From NCBI GenBank assembly GCA_000708835.1, contig DF237001.1:124001-188000 (forward strand): a DNA stretch of 64,000 nt, in the 5' to 3' direction. The position numbers were made by a program, and so were the translations under genes. Positions 1 to 12,208 of this stretch are shown piece by piece. The stretch's first letter is position 1, and every line of letters starts with the position of its first letter. The notes beneath the pieces were generated by a model. It was not told the origin of the DNA and did no database searches. It saw only the letters and a program-made list of their open reading frames with translations. Origin of the DNA: Klebsormidium nitens (Eukaryota; Plantae; Klebsormidiophyceae).

Positions 1-183
1 TGATGTTGCTCCAGACACACGCTTAAACCGTGCTTTGAGATCTTTTACGAGAAAGCTTCTTGCACAACATTAAGTTTGCTTCATCCGAATGGAGCTTCTA
101 GGCACTCTAGCGGATGATGCAACCTGGAAGCTGGTTCAAGTTAACTTAACTTAACCTATGAGAAGGCGGATTTTGCAGCGTAC

Positions 184-1877
184 CAGAGGGGCCGATCAGA
201 ACCGCTCCTGTGCAGACCGTGGTCGTGTATATGGTCGTCTCGTCGGCCTTTTGCAGCCAGTTTATGAACCTCTGCGCAAAGAGTGTGAACAAAGGGTCCT
301 AAGCTGGCGCAAACCTTCATAGCCCGGCGTAGAAGTGTTGATAAGCTCTCTACTGAAAAGAAGGAACCACGCACAAGATGGTGCTGAAATGGAGCAGGAC
401 ACTGTAGGAAGGTTTGCACGTTGCTGAGCTTGCAGGTCGACAATCGATTGGGGCAAAATTGTGGGCACTGATCTGCACTGTGGTTGAAAAAAGGGATTGC
501 AACAAATTGCTTGTGGCAACAGAGAGCAAGCTGTCCTGCAGCCGACCTTGCTGATTATCCGACCTAATCCTCTAATCACGTTCTGCGCTCAGTATTCGGT
601 GTTTTTAAGCAAAGCTCCAGAGATTACTAATGAGATTGAGAGTGCATGTACTTAGCCCTTGCCATCCAAATATGAGAAGACTGTCAGAAGAGCTGTTCTT
701 CAGAGGTCGCTCACATGCACTTCTGGCAATCTTGCTCTCAGTATCACCCTCCAAATCCTTGTCCCTTCGGCTTTGGGATCCTACTTGCCCCGGAGTATGG
801 GACACATAGCGTCAAAGAAGCACGCACGCTTTCTTGCCTTGTCGTAGCCGTACGTGTTGTTCGACCCCCCCGGAACCAGAAGCACGTCAGGCCTTGGCAC
901 GTCGTCAAAGCTGTAGTCTGCCACCAGACCCAAAGTTCCCTGAGTGTCTCGGATGACCGTGCCGGCCTTATCCCTGCAAGAGACGGGTGGTGATGTTAAG
1001 CTCCTGGAATCAAGTATAGCATGATTTTGACATCAAAGATTTTGGCTGTAGACTACCATGCCTAAACCTCTGTATAGACGAGTGCCACTCATACTTTGCT
1101 TGAAAGAAAACAAGACCTCAGCAGCTAACATGTTGAGAACCTTGCTGCTGGGAGACAATTAGACTTTACGAACGGAAATTCAAGGCCTCTCGGGGTTGAC
1201 TCTAGGAAGTAGTAAGCACAAGTCTCTGGCTGAATGCACCGACCATTGGCTTAGGGTGTTGAAAAACGAAGTGTTGGTTGATACCATTTGACTACCGATG
1301 TTAGGCAACCTAAACTGCTTCAAAGACAACGTCCGCCCACCAATCGCGAGCCTGTGACGCAACTTCCAAAACAGCCCTCTAGCTACCCAACTAGCATCAA
1401 CCAGAGAGAATTGCAGTGTGCGCGTGAGAGGGGCCTTCAGACCTTGAATTGACCCATGGTGACATGCTGACTGCAGGATTACCATCGTTGAGGGTGAACG
1501 CTGCCAGCAGCAACTAGGGTCCTCCAAGTCCTCTGGTCATATACGGTGAGCTTTCTTTCACATTTGTGTCAGGCTTAAGAACAGGGGCTTAAATGTTGAA
1601 ACGTTGGAAATGCATAATGCATTGATCGAATGAGGGCAGGACAGGGAACTCATTCCCTGAAGTAGCAGAGAGCGATCGTACTTCTTGAAGCAAAGAGTGG
1701 CCCAAACTCCTGAACCACGTGCCTAGCTGAGGCTGGCCAGCTAGGAGCTCACCCCACAAACTTCACCACGACGTTGGGCAGCCGGTGGAGAACCTCATAC
1801 GGCCCGACCACGTCCAGCATCGTCATGTTGTGGTACAGAACCATCGCGACCACCAGGGGCGCAAAGCCAGCTGCCAT
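184..1877 (-). CDS. DJ-1/PfpI superfamily protein, isocyanide (isonitrile) hydratase InhA-like clade; 3' end lies beyond the left edge of the window
   Basis: Phase-consistent exons 1877-1753 (MAAGFAPLVVAMVLYHNMTMLDVVGPYEVLHRLPNVVVKFVG), 973-838 (DKAGTVIRDTQGTLGLVADYSFDDVPRPDVLLVPGGSNNTYGYDK) and 271-184 (RFINWLQKADETTIYTTTVCTGAVLIGPS). Motifs LDxxGPxEV, DVLLVPGG and the nucleophile elbow VCTG are diagnostic. Intron 2 has a GC donor. Confidence 0.88.
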
Positions 1878-4292
1878 GTGCACGCGCTTACAAGCCACCG
1901 CCAATCGACCGACTGGTCCACTGCCGCTGTGAATGTTGACCTGCTTATGGGCGGACGAGGAACATCATTTCAATCGAGCTGGGATTGTGGCAGAGGGGAA
2001 TGTGGCATAATTGGAGCAAGGCTGCATTGCCTGGCGTTGTCTGGAGCTGAGGAGCTACTCTACCTGACCGGCTACCACTGTGAGCTGTGCATGTTCAGTC
2101 AGGGACTTTGGAGGTGGCGCTCCTTGCGCGCCACTATAAATCAGAGCCCGGTTTAAGATCACATTTTAAGGCCAAGGCGTACTTAAATGCAAAGGGTTTA
2201 AAGACCGTTTTAGTATAGAGCCCTGGTTTTAGACCGTTTCGACCTCAAACGGGTAACATCTTTCAGAGGTGGCGCTCCTTACGCATGCGTTGCTAACCCG
2301 AGCAAGCTGAGTACTGTCAGACAGGAGGAACCTGTAAACCACAATCAGGGAAACCCGCTGTCCAGGGCTCAATCAGCTTTGAGCTAGTAGAAGTATAGGG
2401 GAACAGATGAATGATGCGCAGCAGTTTTCATCTGCATCATGCACTGCGATCCGCGCGCGTGCGCGCTGCATTGATTTCATTTACTGCCGTATTACTGCCC
2501 AGGCTGGTGAACCGTGACTCGTGAGTCGTGACTCGTGAGATTACCTAGTACCCGCACATAATGCACCATTAACTTTGTCGCCATTGGGCCCACGTGCTGA
2601 ACAGGCCACCTTTTCTCTGATCGTGGCCAAGTCACGTTGCTCAGTGTATGATGCAGCAAGGAAGAAGCGTAATGCAGTCAAGATTTGACTTTCTGGAGGC
2701 CTGCGCAGCTGCTGCAGCACTGTTTCAGTCGGAGTGACTCGGACACATTTACTGCGGGCTCTGGCCTGCCACGTCGTCTCTATAATGCACTGAACGCTTG
2801 AGCGGCAGCTTTTGCAATGTACGTAATCAGAGACCTACCTGCCTTTTTCTGTCGCAGTCAAACAAGGCACTAGAGTAGGACCGTTCCGTTGCCTTCGTGT
2901 CCGCATATAAAGTGCGGCTATTTCGAATCATTTCGATCAGTTCCTGTTTTCCAAAACCCCGCTTTGTTCCGCGGTTGCAAGAAGCACCAGGCTTTTGCGT
3001 GGCAAATTCTTGTGCGGGCAGAAAGCTTCTGTGAGGTCTCACATTTTGGCTGTTCCGAGTCCCTTCAACACCAGAGTCTGAATCGCTGCTTCTGAGCTAC
3101 ACTGCGCATCATTGCAACTACGATGGCGACCAGGGGACGTGCATCTCAAACAGCTCCTCACCAGGCGGCAAATGCAGGTAAGGATTTGAAGGTGATACAG
3201 ATAGTACGTACAACCTCTGGTTGTTTGATTGTTGCATCATTCTTCTCCTTTGGGGAGGCCTCTGGGAGAAGGACAACTGGCTTCCTTGGAAAGGAATCAG
3301 ACTCTGTGTGTCCTTGACAATCAGGTCTACCGGCTATTGGCATTGAAGCTCAACGCAAGACTGTGTGTACACGTCGGCAGGCCTACTCACAGCTTGCCAT
3401 TGAATCTCAAAAGCAGCTCTCATCTGATCACTTTGTGGCAATCAAAGCGAGTCTGGCTCATGGTGATTTGGCCACCTAGCAAAAGGGGCAGCTCATGAAT
3501 TTAAAAGCTCTCACCAGCTGTAAGCATCTGAAGCTGAAAAGTGGTCCTTCTAAAGGTACTACCTTTGTCATGAAAGTAGGGATGAGCTGAAGATAGAATC
3601 AGCGCAAGTGCCTCCAAGCTGGGAGGTTATCAGTTGCGTAGCTTTTTCAGAGGGTCAAGTTTGATAACTAGGTCATCACCTGACCACCAATTCACTCTAG
3701 GCACATCTGTTGACCGTCTCTGACCATATCAATGGCTCTGATCTCTTTGGGTGTTTATTCTATGCAAGATTTATCAGGGATTCGAAATCTCGCAGGCAGC
3801 TTTGGGCTGTGCAGCCAGGGTGACAGCCAATTTGGCGCACTCGCCATGTCCGCCCTGCTGGCCACTGCTGCAATCGAGGTGCACTGATGTTGGGTGCCAG
3901 CGTTCATTGAGTACTTCTTACCCAAAGAAAAATTCCAATTTGCAGGGGCAGCTTCAAGCGTCCCTCAGCCCCTGCGGGTTCGCGTGGAGATCAACGCCTT
4001 CGCGAGCATGCCCAAATACGCGCACCAAAAAGACCTCTTCATCCACGCGTATGCCGCCGTGCAGGCCAAACCTGTCGACGACATCAAGTCGTTCTACCAG
4101 ATTGCTGGCATCCACGGGTTGCCTTACCAGAGCTACGACAACGTGGAAGGTGTGTCTATTAATCTGTGGAACCAATTAGAGTACACAAAGTTGCTCAGAC
4201 TCTCAGACCTCCAAGACAATCCAAGTCCAGACGAGCATGAAGGAAAAGGTTGACGAGCTCGTTAAGTGCAGTCTCAGAAAGGTCTTTCAGCT

Positions 4293-4329
4293 GCTGCTAT
4301 GATATTCTGCTGCTATGATATTCTGCTGC
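4293..4329. repeat. 16-bp tandem repeat in tyrosinase intron 2
   Basis: ctgctgctatgatatt twice plus a partial ctgctgc. Confidence 0.7.
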
Positions 4330-5220
4330 ATCGGCAAAAAGAGGGCACGTCCAGAACCCTTGGAAAAGATTTGCATCTGTAGGTAGGAGAGAAGTCTTGG
4401 GGCTTTGGCCTTGAATCGACCGGCCCAAGCATCCTGAGTCTGCTTCTATCTTTAGAGAGACACATTTTTGTCGTCTAATCAATCTCCACTTCCTTCTCTT
4501 GTCTCAAGCAACACCCTCGTCTTAAGCAGAGGAAAGTTCTTGCAGTCACATGCTTTTGGAACAGGTCTCAACTTCCCCGTGAGCGCAGCCGAAGTTTACA
4601 AGCCCTACTGGCAAGAAGCTGCTCATTACCCAGCTTCCGTCATGTGGAGACCACTCCGGCCCTTTTTTGGTTGCACCACGTTCATTCAAACTTAAAGTTC
4701 ATATCGTCCAAAAGGTGCCTTCTTGACTGCATTCTGCAGGTCAGGGCAGCGGCAAGTGGCCGGATCCAAAGAAGCCGGACCGATGGGGAGGCTACTGCCA
4801 GCATGGCTCTCAGCTGTTCCCTACCTGGCACCGCCCCTACGTCCTCCTACTGGAAAACGTGAGGCCTTGCTACCCTGGTGGGAAATCTGATGCTGGTCAG
4901 CAGGTTTGCTTGATCAGATCACCATGCCGTCGAGCTGTTAATTATGCCGTCAAATGTCCTTATCTGCTCTTCACAAACCTAGAAAACCTGGAAAAGGGAC
5001 ATAATCTTATCAAAACCTGGACATGCAGTTCCTTTTTGGCCTTTACTGGAAGGTAACACAATGGCCGTTGAGACGCGTAATTTGACCTCCGTAGCCGCTT
5101 CCACGTACTGATGGCAGGACTTTCTCCGCTTCGTGACACAAATTACCATCATAAATTCTACATAAATGTTGGCGTGATGCGGGGGTGCGCGGCTGCAGAT
5201 GTCTCTTCAATCTAGATAAA

Positions 5221-5375
5221 GTAAGCCCTAGGTATACAAGCTGCTACCCTAACACTAAAACCTAAACCCTCCGCAATCACCCGCTCCGCACCCGTCCCAC
5301 CCTAAACCCCCAAACTAATCCCGCCCGTCCCAGGCTGCTTGGCTTACTCTACCTAAAGCTAACTTTACCTAAATC
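5221..5375 (+). repeat. Dispersed C/A-rich repeat, copy 1 (tyrosinase intron 3)
   Basis: Core aatcacccgctccgcacccg..cccaccctaaacccccaaactaa and flanks align with 10027-10165 in the same orientation. Confidence 0.75.
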
Positions 5376-8300
5376 AAAGTCGTTTCGGCTGCAGGCGATC
5401 CGCGAGGAGGCCGCGAGGATCGCGCAGGCGTACCCGGACACTCCCGCGGACAAGGACAAACCCACGCCGACGGTCCGCGACCTCTACGTCGAAGCCGCGA
5501 GGGATCTCTCGCTTCCGTACTGGGACTGGGCCAGCGCGCAGACTGCGGACTTTGGGCTGCCCACCATCATGACCTCGCCCACTTATCCGGTCAGCTGCAC
5601 CGCACAACCTTTGCGCCACAGGAAGATTATGTGGTCCTTTGAAGATGCTAGCAACTAGGTCTGTAGTGTAGTAGCCTCGTTTCTTGCAGCGGGGACCATC
5701 CACTAACCAGGTTTGTTTAACAATGAGACATCCCCGTGTTAGTCCTGCAGGCTGCATTGAGCGTGTCTCAAACCATCCGTTTTGTCAGACACAGGGAAAA
5801 CGAGTTGGGGATCACTCTTGTCCCCGTCCTAAAACCCCCCCTGTTTTGGATGGCAGATGATGGCGCGACGGCCGCCCTGTCACCAGATTCATGTCTGAGC
5901 TCGGCAGACAAACGGGCCCTGTTTGCTTTTAGGCTAGGGCGTATCGAAGTAGCCAGTGCATACAATTAGCGGTCAAATATTTGATCAGACCTCTTTCAGT
6001 CGACGGCTCGAAAGTAGGGAGCTCCAGAAGTTGTCCGCTCACCACGTGCCTCACGTGCACACTGCAGGTTCGTATGGCTGACAGTTACGTCGACAGCTTT
6101 CACCCCAAGAAGACGCTACCCAAATCCTCTCCGCGCATACACGCTGCCGGAGGACCTGGGCTCCTTGAAGCAAACAGGCGACTGCTTCAACCCCCCAGCG
6201 AAGCCCAACTACAAGGTGCCCCTCAACAACGAACATCCGTTTACGCCCAAGGGCTACCCGACCGTAAGGCACCCCGATGCCAACTACCAGACGCAGGTAA
6301 GGGTTTTGGACTCTTCAGTGCTGTGACCAAAAGCCTTGGACGGCCTGCTCGTCCAAGTGGTTATATGCAGCTTTGTGGCACACAAGTGACGCGCGTTGGA
6401 CGTTTCTGTGTGGCGCAATGTCCTTTGGTCGTGCAGGGCGGAGGACTGCGCTTCGAGCCCCTCATGACGCTTCACCGATTGGATGAACCGGGCCCTTTTG
6501 AATGTGTGCGTCCTTCAACTTGAATCTCGAAGAAAAGAAGACCCAGTGCGCCAACCCTCGTACACTGGAACTGGGCCCCTAAAAGTCCAAACCTTGAAAC
6601 CCTAACGCCTTTCAAAACCCTGAAGCGCAGGTGGACGCGGTGAACCGGTCGGTGCAGATGTACGCCAACGTGATGTGGCGCCCCAACTTGTACGCGCTTC
6701 TGGACGTGGACAAGTGGTTCCCGTTCAGCAACCACACCGCGTTCGGAGAAAAGGAGGAGCACGGTACGGACTACGGCTGGTACACGTCGATTGAGGTGCG
6801 GGCCCGCCAAACCACTCGTTCCGTTTGCTTTCACAGGAAGGTTTGGCTGCTAACCAGGTTTGATAACCAAAAAATGTCTGGTTCTTTGACCAATAACCGC
6901 GTTAAAGCCACGTTGAAAACCTGGTTACTGCTCAAGTCTGGTCATTGACAGTTAATCATCTTCGAACCAGCCCGTAACCGCTTATGGTTGACCGGCAAAA
7001 ACCCTGTGTTTTCAAGGTCTCCGGCTCGGCAGACGCCATACGCCGGCTAACCAGTGTCCTTTGTCAAGGGGCCGCGCTTTCGAAGGACCAGCTACCAAAG
7101 CGGTCCTCTGTATGCTTGCTGCGTTTCAGAGAGCTAGGCGCGGCTGATTCCTCGCTTTATAGTGAAACCGACCAGCATTGCTGGGATGAGAACGCGAGGC
7201 TGACAACCGGAAGGCAGATCAGCAAGGAAGATCGACGGCGCCTGCTCCTCACAAGTAGTCCACCTTCGAATAACCGGATGTGAAAACGAGGGTGTCAAGG
7301 GGGTTTGCTTGTCAGAATTTGAGACAGCTTCACTTGCCTGTGTCCCGGAAGGATTCCACACTGACCCGAATGTAAACCAGAAAACAAAACAGCTAAGAAG
7401 ATAACGATCGTAGATGCGTTCTGTTGCGCTGCAGGTAATTCACGACGGGGTGCATGATGCTCTTGGAGGCTCGGGGGGCCAAATCTCCTACCCCGATATC
7501 GCAGGGTTTGACCCCGGTGAGTATCAAAATTGCGGAATTGTTTCTTCTAAAGAGACATTGAATAACTTGTCAGGAACACTTTGCACAGTTTTGCGACGTA
7601 TCCATGTGGGCTTCCAAGGACCTTCTCTGTGGGCCAACTTTTGCGCATTGTTAACGAACGGACACACGGAATGTAACCCACATAAGCGTGTCGAACTGCA
7701 CTAGGTTTCACTTTCGGGTCAGGCAAACCCTCTCTGATACCCCCTTGGCATCAATGGCTGACTCTTCAAGCCTGCCAGTGGTTTGCGTTCCCACCGCCAT
7801 GAGGAGAAACACTGAATGCATCGTTTGCAGTGCCTCCGTTTGAATTTTCTTACGCACCATGCCGTGGTTCAGCTCTTAACCCGCACCAACAAAAAGAGGT
7901 TCTGCCGCAACCTGCAGTTTTCTTCCTGCATCATGCGAACGTGGATCGCGTCATCGCCCTTTGGCAGGCGTGCCACCCCCACGCGTGGATGGAAGAATCT
8001 GCCCCGACCGAGAGAGGAACGTTCACAGAGCCAGAAGGTATCACGGTAAGGTCCAGCAAACCACAAAGAGCTAGTGCGTTCAGCCGACGTTGGAATCCAG
8101 TTGGATAACGGACTGAATTCAGGTCTGTACTCAAATCCGACCTCCGAAATGAGCAGTGGAGCTGTCAGAGCGCCAGAGCGATTCCAGGTCTCAGAGCTGT
8201 CAGAGCGTCGAATAGGCTCCTTTTGCGAAAATGATGGGGTATCATTTGTGTCTACACAGGTCCTAGCATGATCCGGGAAAAGATGCAAATCATGTCTTGA

Positions 8301-10026
8301 AAGGATCCTTGACGCTTCCGCTTTTTCTGAACTTGCTGTTTCATTCCCCCCCCAAATCCCGTTTCCTTTTCTGATCCGCCGCAACTTGACGCCGAAGGGT
8401 TCAACTCCGCCTGCGCAACTTGGCAGGATTAGGTAGTCCTTTACGGCCACGTGGCAACGCCGGCCATACTCCTCGCTGACGCGTTCGCTTCTTCTTCGCC
8501 GCAGCTTAACTCAAAAACGGAGCTGACTCCATTCCGCAAGGTGCTGGGGGACCCCGCATCAAAGTGTTACACGTCGGACGACGAGCGCCACGTGGCCGAT
8601 CTGGGTTACACGTACCCGGAACTGCAAAAGTACCTGAAGCCGGACGAGCTCAAGGCTCATGTAAGCCCCATTACGTGGCTCGTCATGTGCACTTCGATTC
8701 CAAAACTTGAAGCCTTTAAAACGAAGTCACCACTGCATTCAGACAAGGCGTACGTCTGGGCCCCTTTTCTTTTCAAGGTCGTCTTTTTCGAGAGGGAGAG
8801 GGAGGATTGTGAAAGGGGTTTGAATATCTGTTGCGCGGATAAGGGGGGCGCAGCAAAAATTCAAGGCGACTTGGAAAAGCATCTTTGTGGCTCCTATTTT
8901 TCTTGAGATGAACGCAGTCTGCAAAGCGAGCTGGCCGACGTGGCTCGGCGAACAGGAATGGGGAACTTCCTGTGTTTCTTTTGCCACCTCTTTTGACAGA
9001 GCCCCTCTCCGCCACAGGAAGATTTCGCGCCTGATCAAAGCTGGTTAAGAGGTTTAACCAACCCTCGTTCAACCTAGTCTGGTGGAAGGGCATCCAACCT
9101 ATGCCTAACCAGGCTTGGTTGAGTCTGATTTTCACTGTGTGGGCTTTTTCAGCTGAAGGCGAAGTACAAACCCGACGCGTACGAGGGCCTGCGCTGGTAG
9201 GTGGTGCTGAAGCGCATCCCCAAGCGCCTCTTCAACGGCTCTTATACCATCCACGTGTTCCTCGGCCTGCCCAAAGACGTCGAGCCCACCCCGGGCCACC
9301 CGCCCTTCTCCGACCCCCACTACGTCGGCCCGGTAAACGCTCCGCCGCTCCGCCGCTTTGGGCGGAACGGAACTCTTGGGTTTGCTTAGATTGGCCTTAT
9401 GAGACCATAGTTTTGCCGACGCTTTTGCTCCTTTGATGCGCGCCGCAACGACTGGTTGGTCCTGGTTGTCTCGCCCGAAATCTGAGAAAGAGGATCGGGA
9501 ACGCATCCCCTCATTTGCTATCTTCGGCCGATCTCTCACCTTTATGATATCTTCGCACCTGGCCAAACCCAACCTAGAAAGCCTATCGGCGACCACCTTT
9601 TGGATCAAAGCAGTTCGCATGTCGGGCTCGCTCTCTTCAAAGGAATATATGCCATTCTAGCTTGTGCATCCAGGCACGTCTTCGGCTTACCGGAACAGGA
9701 AATCAAAATGAGATGAAAGAGCCTTTTTCTTCGATCGGAGCCAGACACAATCGAATGAACACGCTCTTGCCTGATGGCTCAAAGTATGGGCAGCTAGTGC
9801 CCTTACCAGGCCAAGCAAAAAGCTTACTAGCGAGAGCTCCTCGTTGACTCTCACGTGGTGTCCCGCAGATCTCGATCTTCGCGCGCGGCAATGAAACGCG
9901 CTGCGCGAGCTGCCGCATGAACGATGACGTCAGAGTCCGCGGCCGCCTTGACATCACCAACACCATGCTCAAAGTGGGCCTGGACGTCGAGTGAGTGCAC
10001 GCTATGTCTCTTCAATTTTCGTAAAG

Positions 10027-10165
10027 TAAGCTCTGGGTATAGTAAGCATCTTCCTAACACCAGAAACCCAACCCATCAAATCACCCGCTCCGCACCCGAA
10101 CCCACCCTAAACCCCCAAACTAACCCCACCCATTCCAAGCAGGTTAGCTTACTATACCAAAGCTT
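10027..10165 (+). repeat. Dispersed C/A-rich repeat, copy 2 (tyrosinase intron 11)
   Basis: Aligns with 5221-5375 (gtaagc...aatcacccgctccgcacccg...cccaccctaaacccccaaactaa...gcttact). Confidence 0.75.
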
Positions 10166-12208
10166 ATTTTACTTTAATTGAAGTCTCTTGTGCACGCTCC
10201 GCCCAGCAACTAGGGTTAGTGAAATCTGGTCCAGATAACGACAGCCAGATGCGTGACCATCCAGCGGGGAGTTGCTGAAGTCAGAAGCTTTCCGCGAGGC
10301 CGTCCGTCACGTAAACTGAACGTTAACCCGCACTGCTCACGTTAATCATCGGCTGACCAAGAATTGATTCACTTGCTCAAAACAATTGGTCCCGTTAGTC
10401 AGTGCTGAACAATTGGAAGAGCAAACGGAAAGCGTGTCTCGGTCCGGGAACTGCGTCTCTTAGCAAGCGTCCCTTTTTGCCGTGGTGGACTTGGTGTCCG
10501 ATCGGCGGCCTTGGAGTGCGCTTTGCCTCTTGCTGACGTAGCGATGACGTCTTGTGCAGCCAAGAGCCGTCGGATGACGTCGGTGGGCAGGGGGCTGCAG
10601 ATCCTGCCATTGAGAAAAACCTGAAGGACGCAATCAGCTTCATGGTTATCGGTGAGTGACCTGGTGCGGACAGTTGCACGTGCTTGCGCTCCTTGTCCCG
10701 TGGTTAACAAACCGTTCTGTGCCAGGGTAGCTCGGTAAGTAGTACTTACCGACTGATGGACAACAATCGAAGCCGAATGATAGCCAGAGATGCGAAGTAG
10801 CTGGCAATGCGGTGGTGTTGCAAATGTTGAGGCGGCCGCCCTCGCGCGAAGCAGCTTTTGCAATCGCGGATCAGGAGTCCGCTCGCAACAGGCCCGTAGT
10901 CGCCGGCCAACTTTGGTCGACAAAGAGCAGTGTCCCTTTTAGTTTTGGGTGGCCTCTTGTTTCCATCCGCGTCGAACGCCCCTTCCTCGTTCTTTGTCAT
11001 GTGACAAGGGGTTAACACACGCTCCGCCAGCAGTGCGAGTCGCATGGTCTCAGTTTTCCCCCCACCTTTCTATTTTGCTTGTGAAGAAATTTGCTTTTCT
11101 CCTTCTAAGTGCGAGCTTGAAATGAAATTCATCGAACTTGGTTGACTGTGCTAAAGATCGTGCTTAGGCAGCTTCTCGAGGTATGGTTAAGCGGCTGGGT
11201 TACATGTAAGCGGCTGGCTGGCTGGCTGACCGGACCCAATTGAACAGAGATAGTTCTATCTTTTGTCAAATCAGAAATCGAGAAATGACGGAAGAAGGAC
11301 AAGCATGAGGCTTCAGAGTAACCGGCACCTTTCCAAATCCTAACCGCAGTTTTCTCCTAATAGGGCAACAGGATCCTCGGAATCTACGTGAATGTCTGTG
11401 CGCCGTCGGATCTGAGAGACAAGCGTTGCATCTGACGCGTGCAGTCGTGTTTTTGCTGCAGACAAGTCCGGCCAGCAGAAACCTTGGAAGCGCGATCATT
11501 GCGCTTACGCGATCCACAAGCAGCGAGAGGACACCACCGACCTCGTGCCGACGGTTCCCTCTTCCAAAAGGAAGCGCGCGAGCAGGGAGGGTGGCGCATC
11601 GGGCCCTGCTGACAAGGCCGTCCCAAAGTGATTTCGCGTAGTGGTGCCGCCACAATGAAAAACTGCTGAGAAACGTGAGGAGTGAGGGCCTGCGGTGAGG
11701 AAGGTGCAAACGGAGTCGTGACGATGGTGCCACGTGGACTACTGGCGGCGTAGTGGGCACTTGAAGTAACGGGGTAGCGCTACGGTGCCGCGAGAAACTC
11801 GCAGAGGGCGTGACCTGACCGAGGGTTTTGGTATCGGTTCTCTAGCAATTGTAAATGCAGAAAGTACGAAGCGTGAGTATAATCTTTAGTGCTTGACCAG
11901 TTCTGGTTGTGCGACATGTGGAGTAGCTGAAAGTATGCTAGTTATAAGGTACGTTTGACTTAAGTAAGCAGATCGAGGTGGACGTCAGACATGGAGGTGT
12001 GTAGTGAGTTCGCGCCGATTGGACCGTCTGGCACCCTGTAGTGAGGCCGGTAAACTTGGAATGTACACGTTGAGAAACAGCTCGTTCCTGAGTGCGTCAG
12101 ACCCATCATATATTCAAGAGCCCTTTCTCCTCAACACTTCTTTCCGGCAGTTTTTTCAGTTTGCTTCCCATTTCTCTGTTTGCTCGGCCAAATTCCTTGA
12201 TGACCTAC

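Larger units (their letters stand above)
3123..11631 (+). pseudogene. Fungal-type tyrosinase (type-3 copper) with C-terminal shielding domain; as sequenced it carries a +1 frameshift and a premature stop (pseudogene or assembly errors)
   Basis: 13 GT-AG exons: 3123-3177, 3946-4149, 4740-4858, 5395-5589, 6068-6296, 6631-6795, 7435-7516, 7918-8045, 8505-8660, 9153-9332, 9869-9990, 10560-10651, 11462-11631. Motifs: [79 protein letters not shown]-terminal RCASCR. Exon 5 is 229 nt (3n+1) between phase-0 junctions. In-frame TAG at 9198-9200. Confidence 0.88.

Noticed and set aside
4566-4640. Exon-like segment GLNFPVSAAEVYKPYW in tyrosinase intron 2
   Set aside because: Direct splicing 4149 to 4740 is in phase and gives the normal spacing between IHGLP and GGYCxH; the segment's evident donor (phase 0) is incompatible with the next exon.
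10399-10923. 174-aa minus-strand ORF
   Set aside because: Overlaps tyrosinase exon 12 antisense; no motif and no start context.
11810-11850. Hairpin followed by CTAG, suggesting a Helitron 3' end near the chimeric fragment
   Set aside because: The stem is only 5 bp, the base after CTAG is C rather than T, and no matching 5' TC end could be defined.
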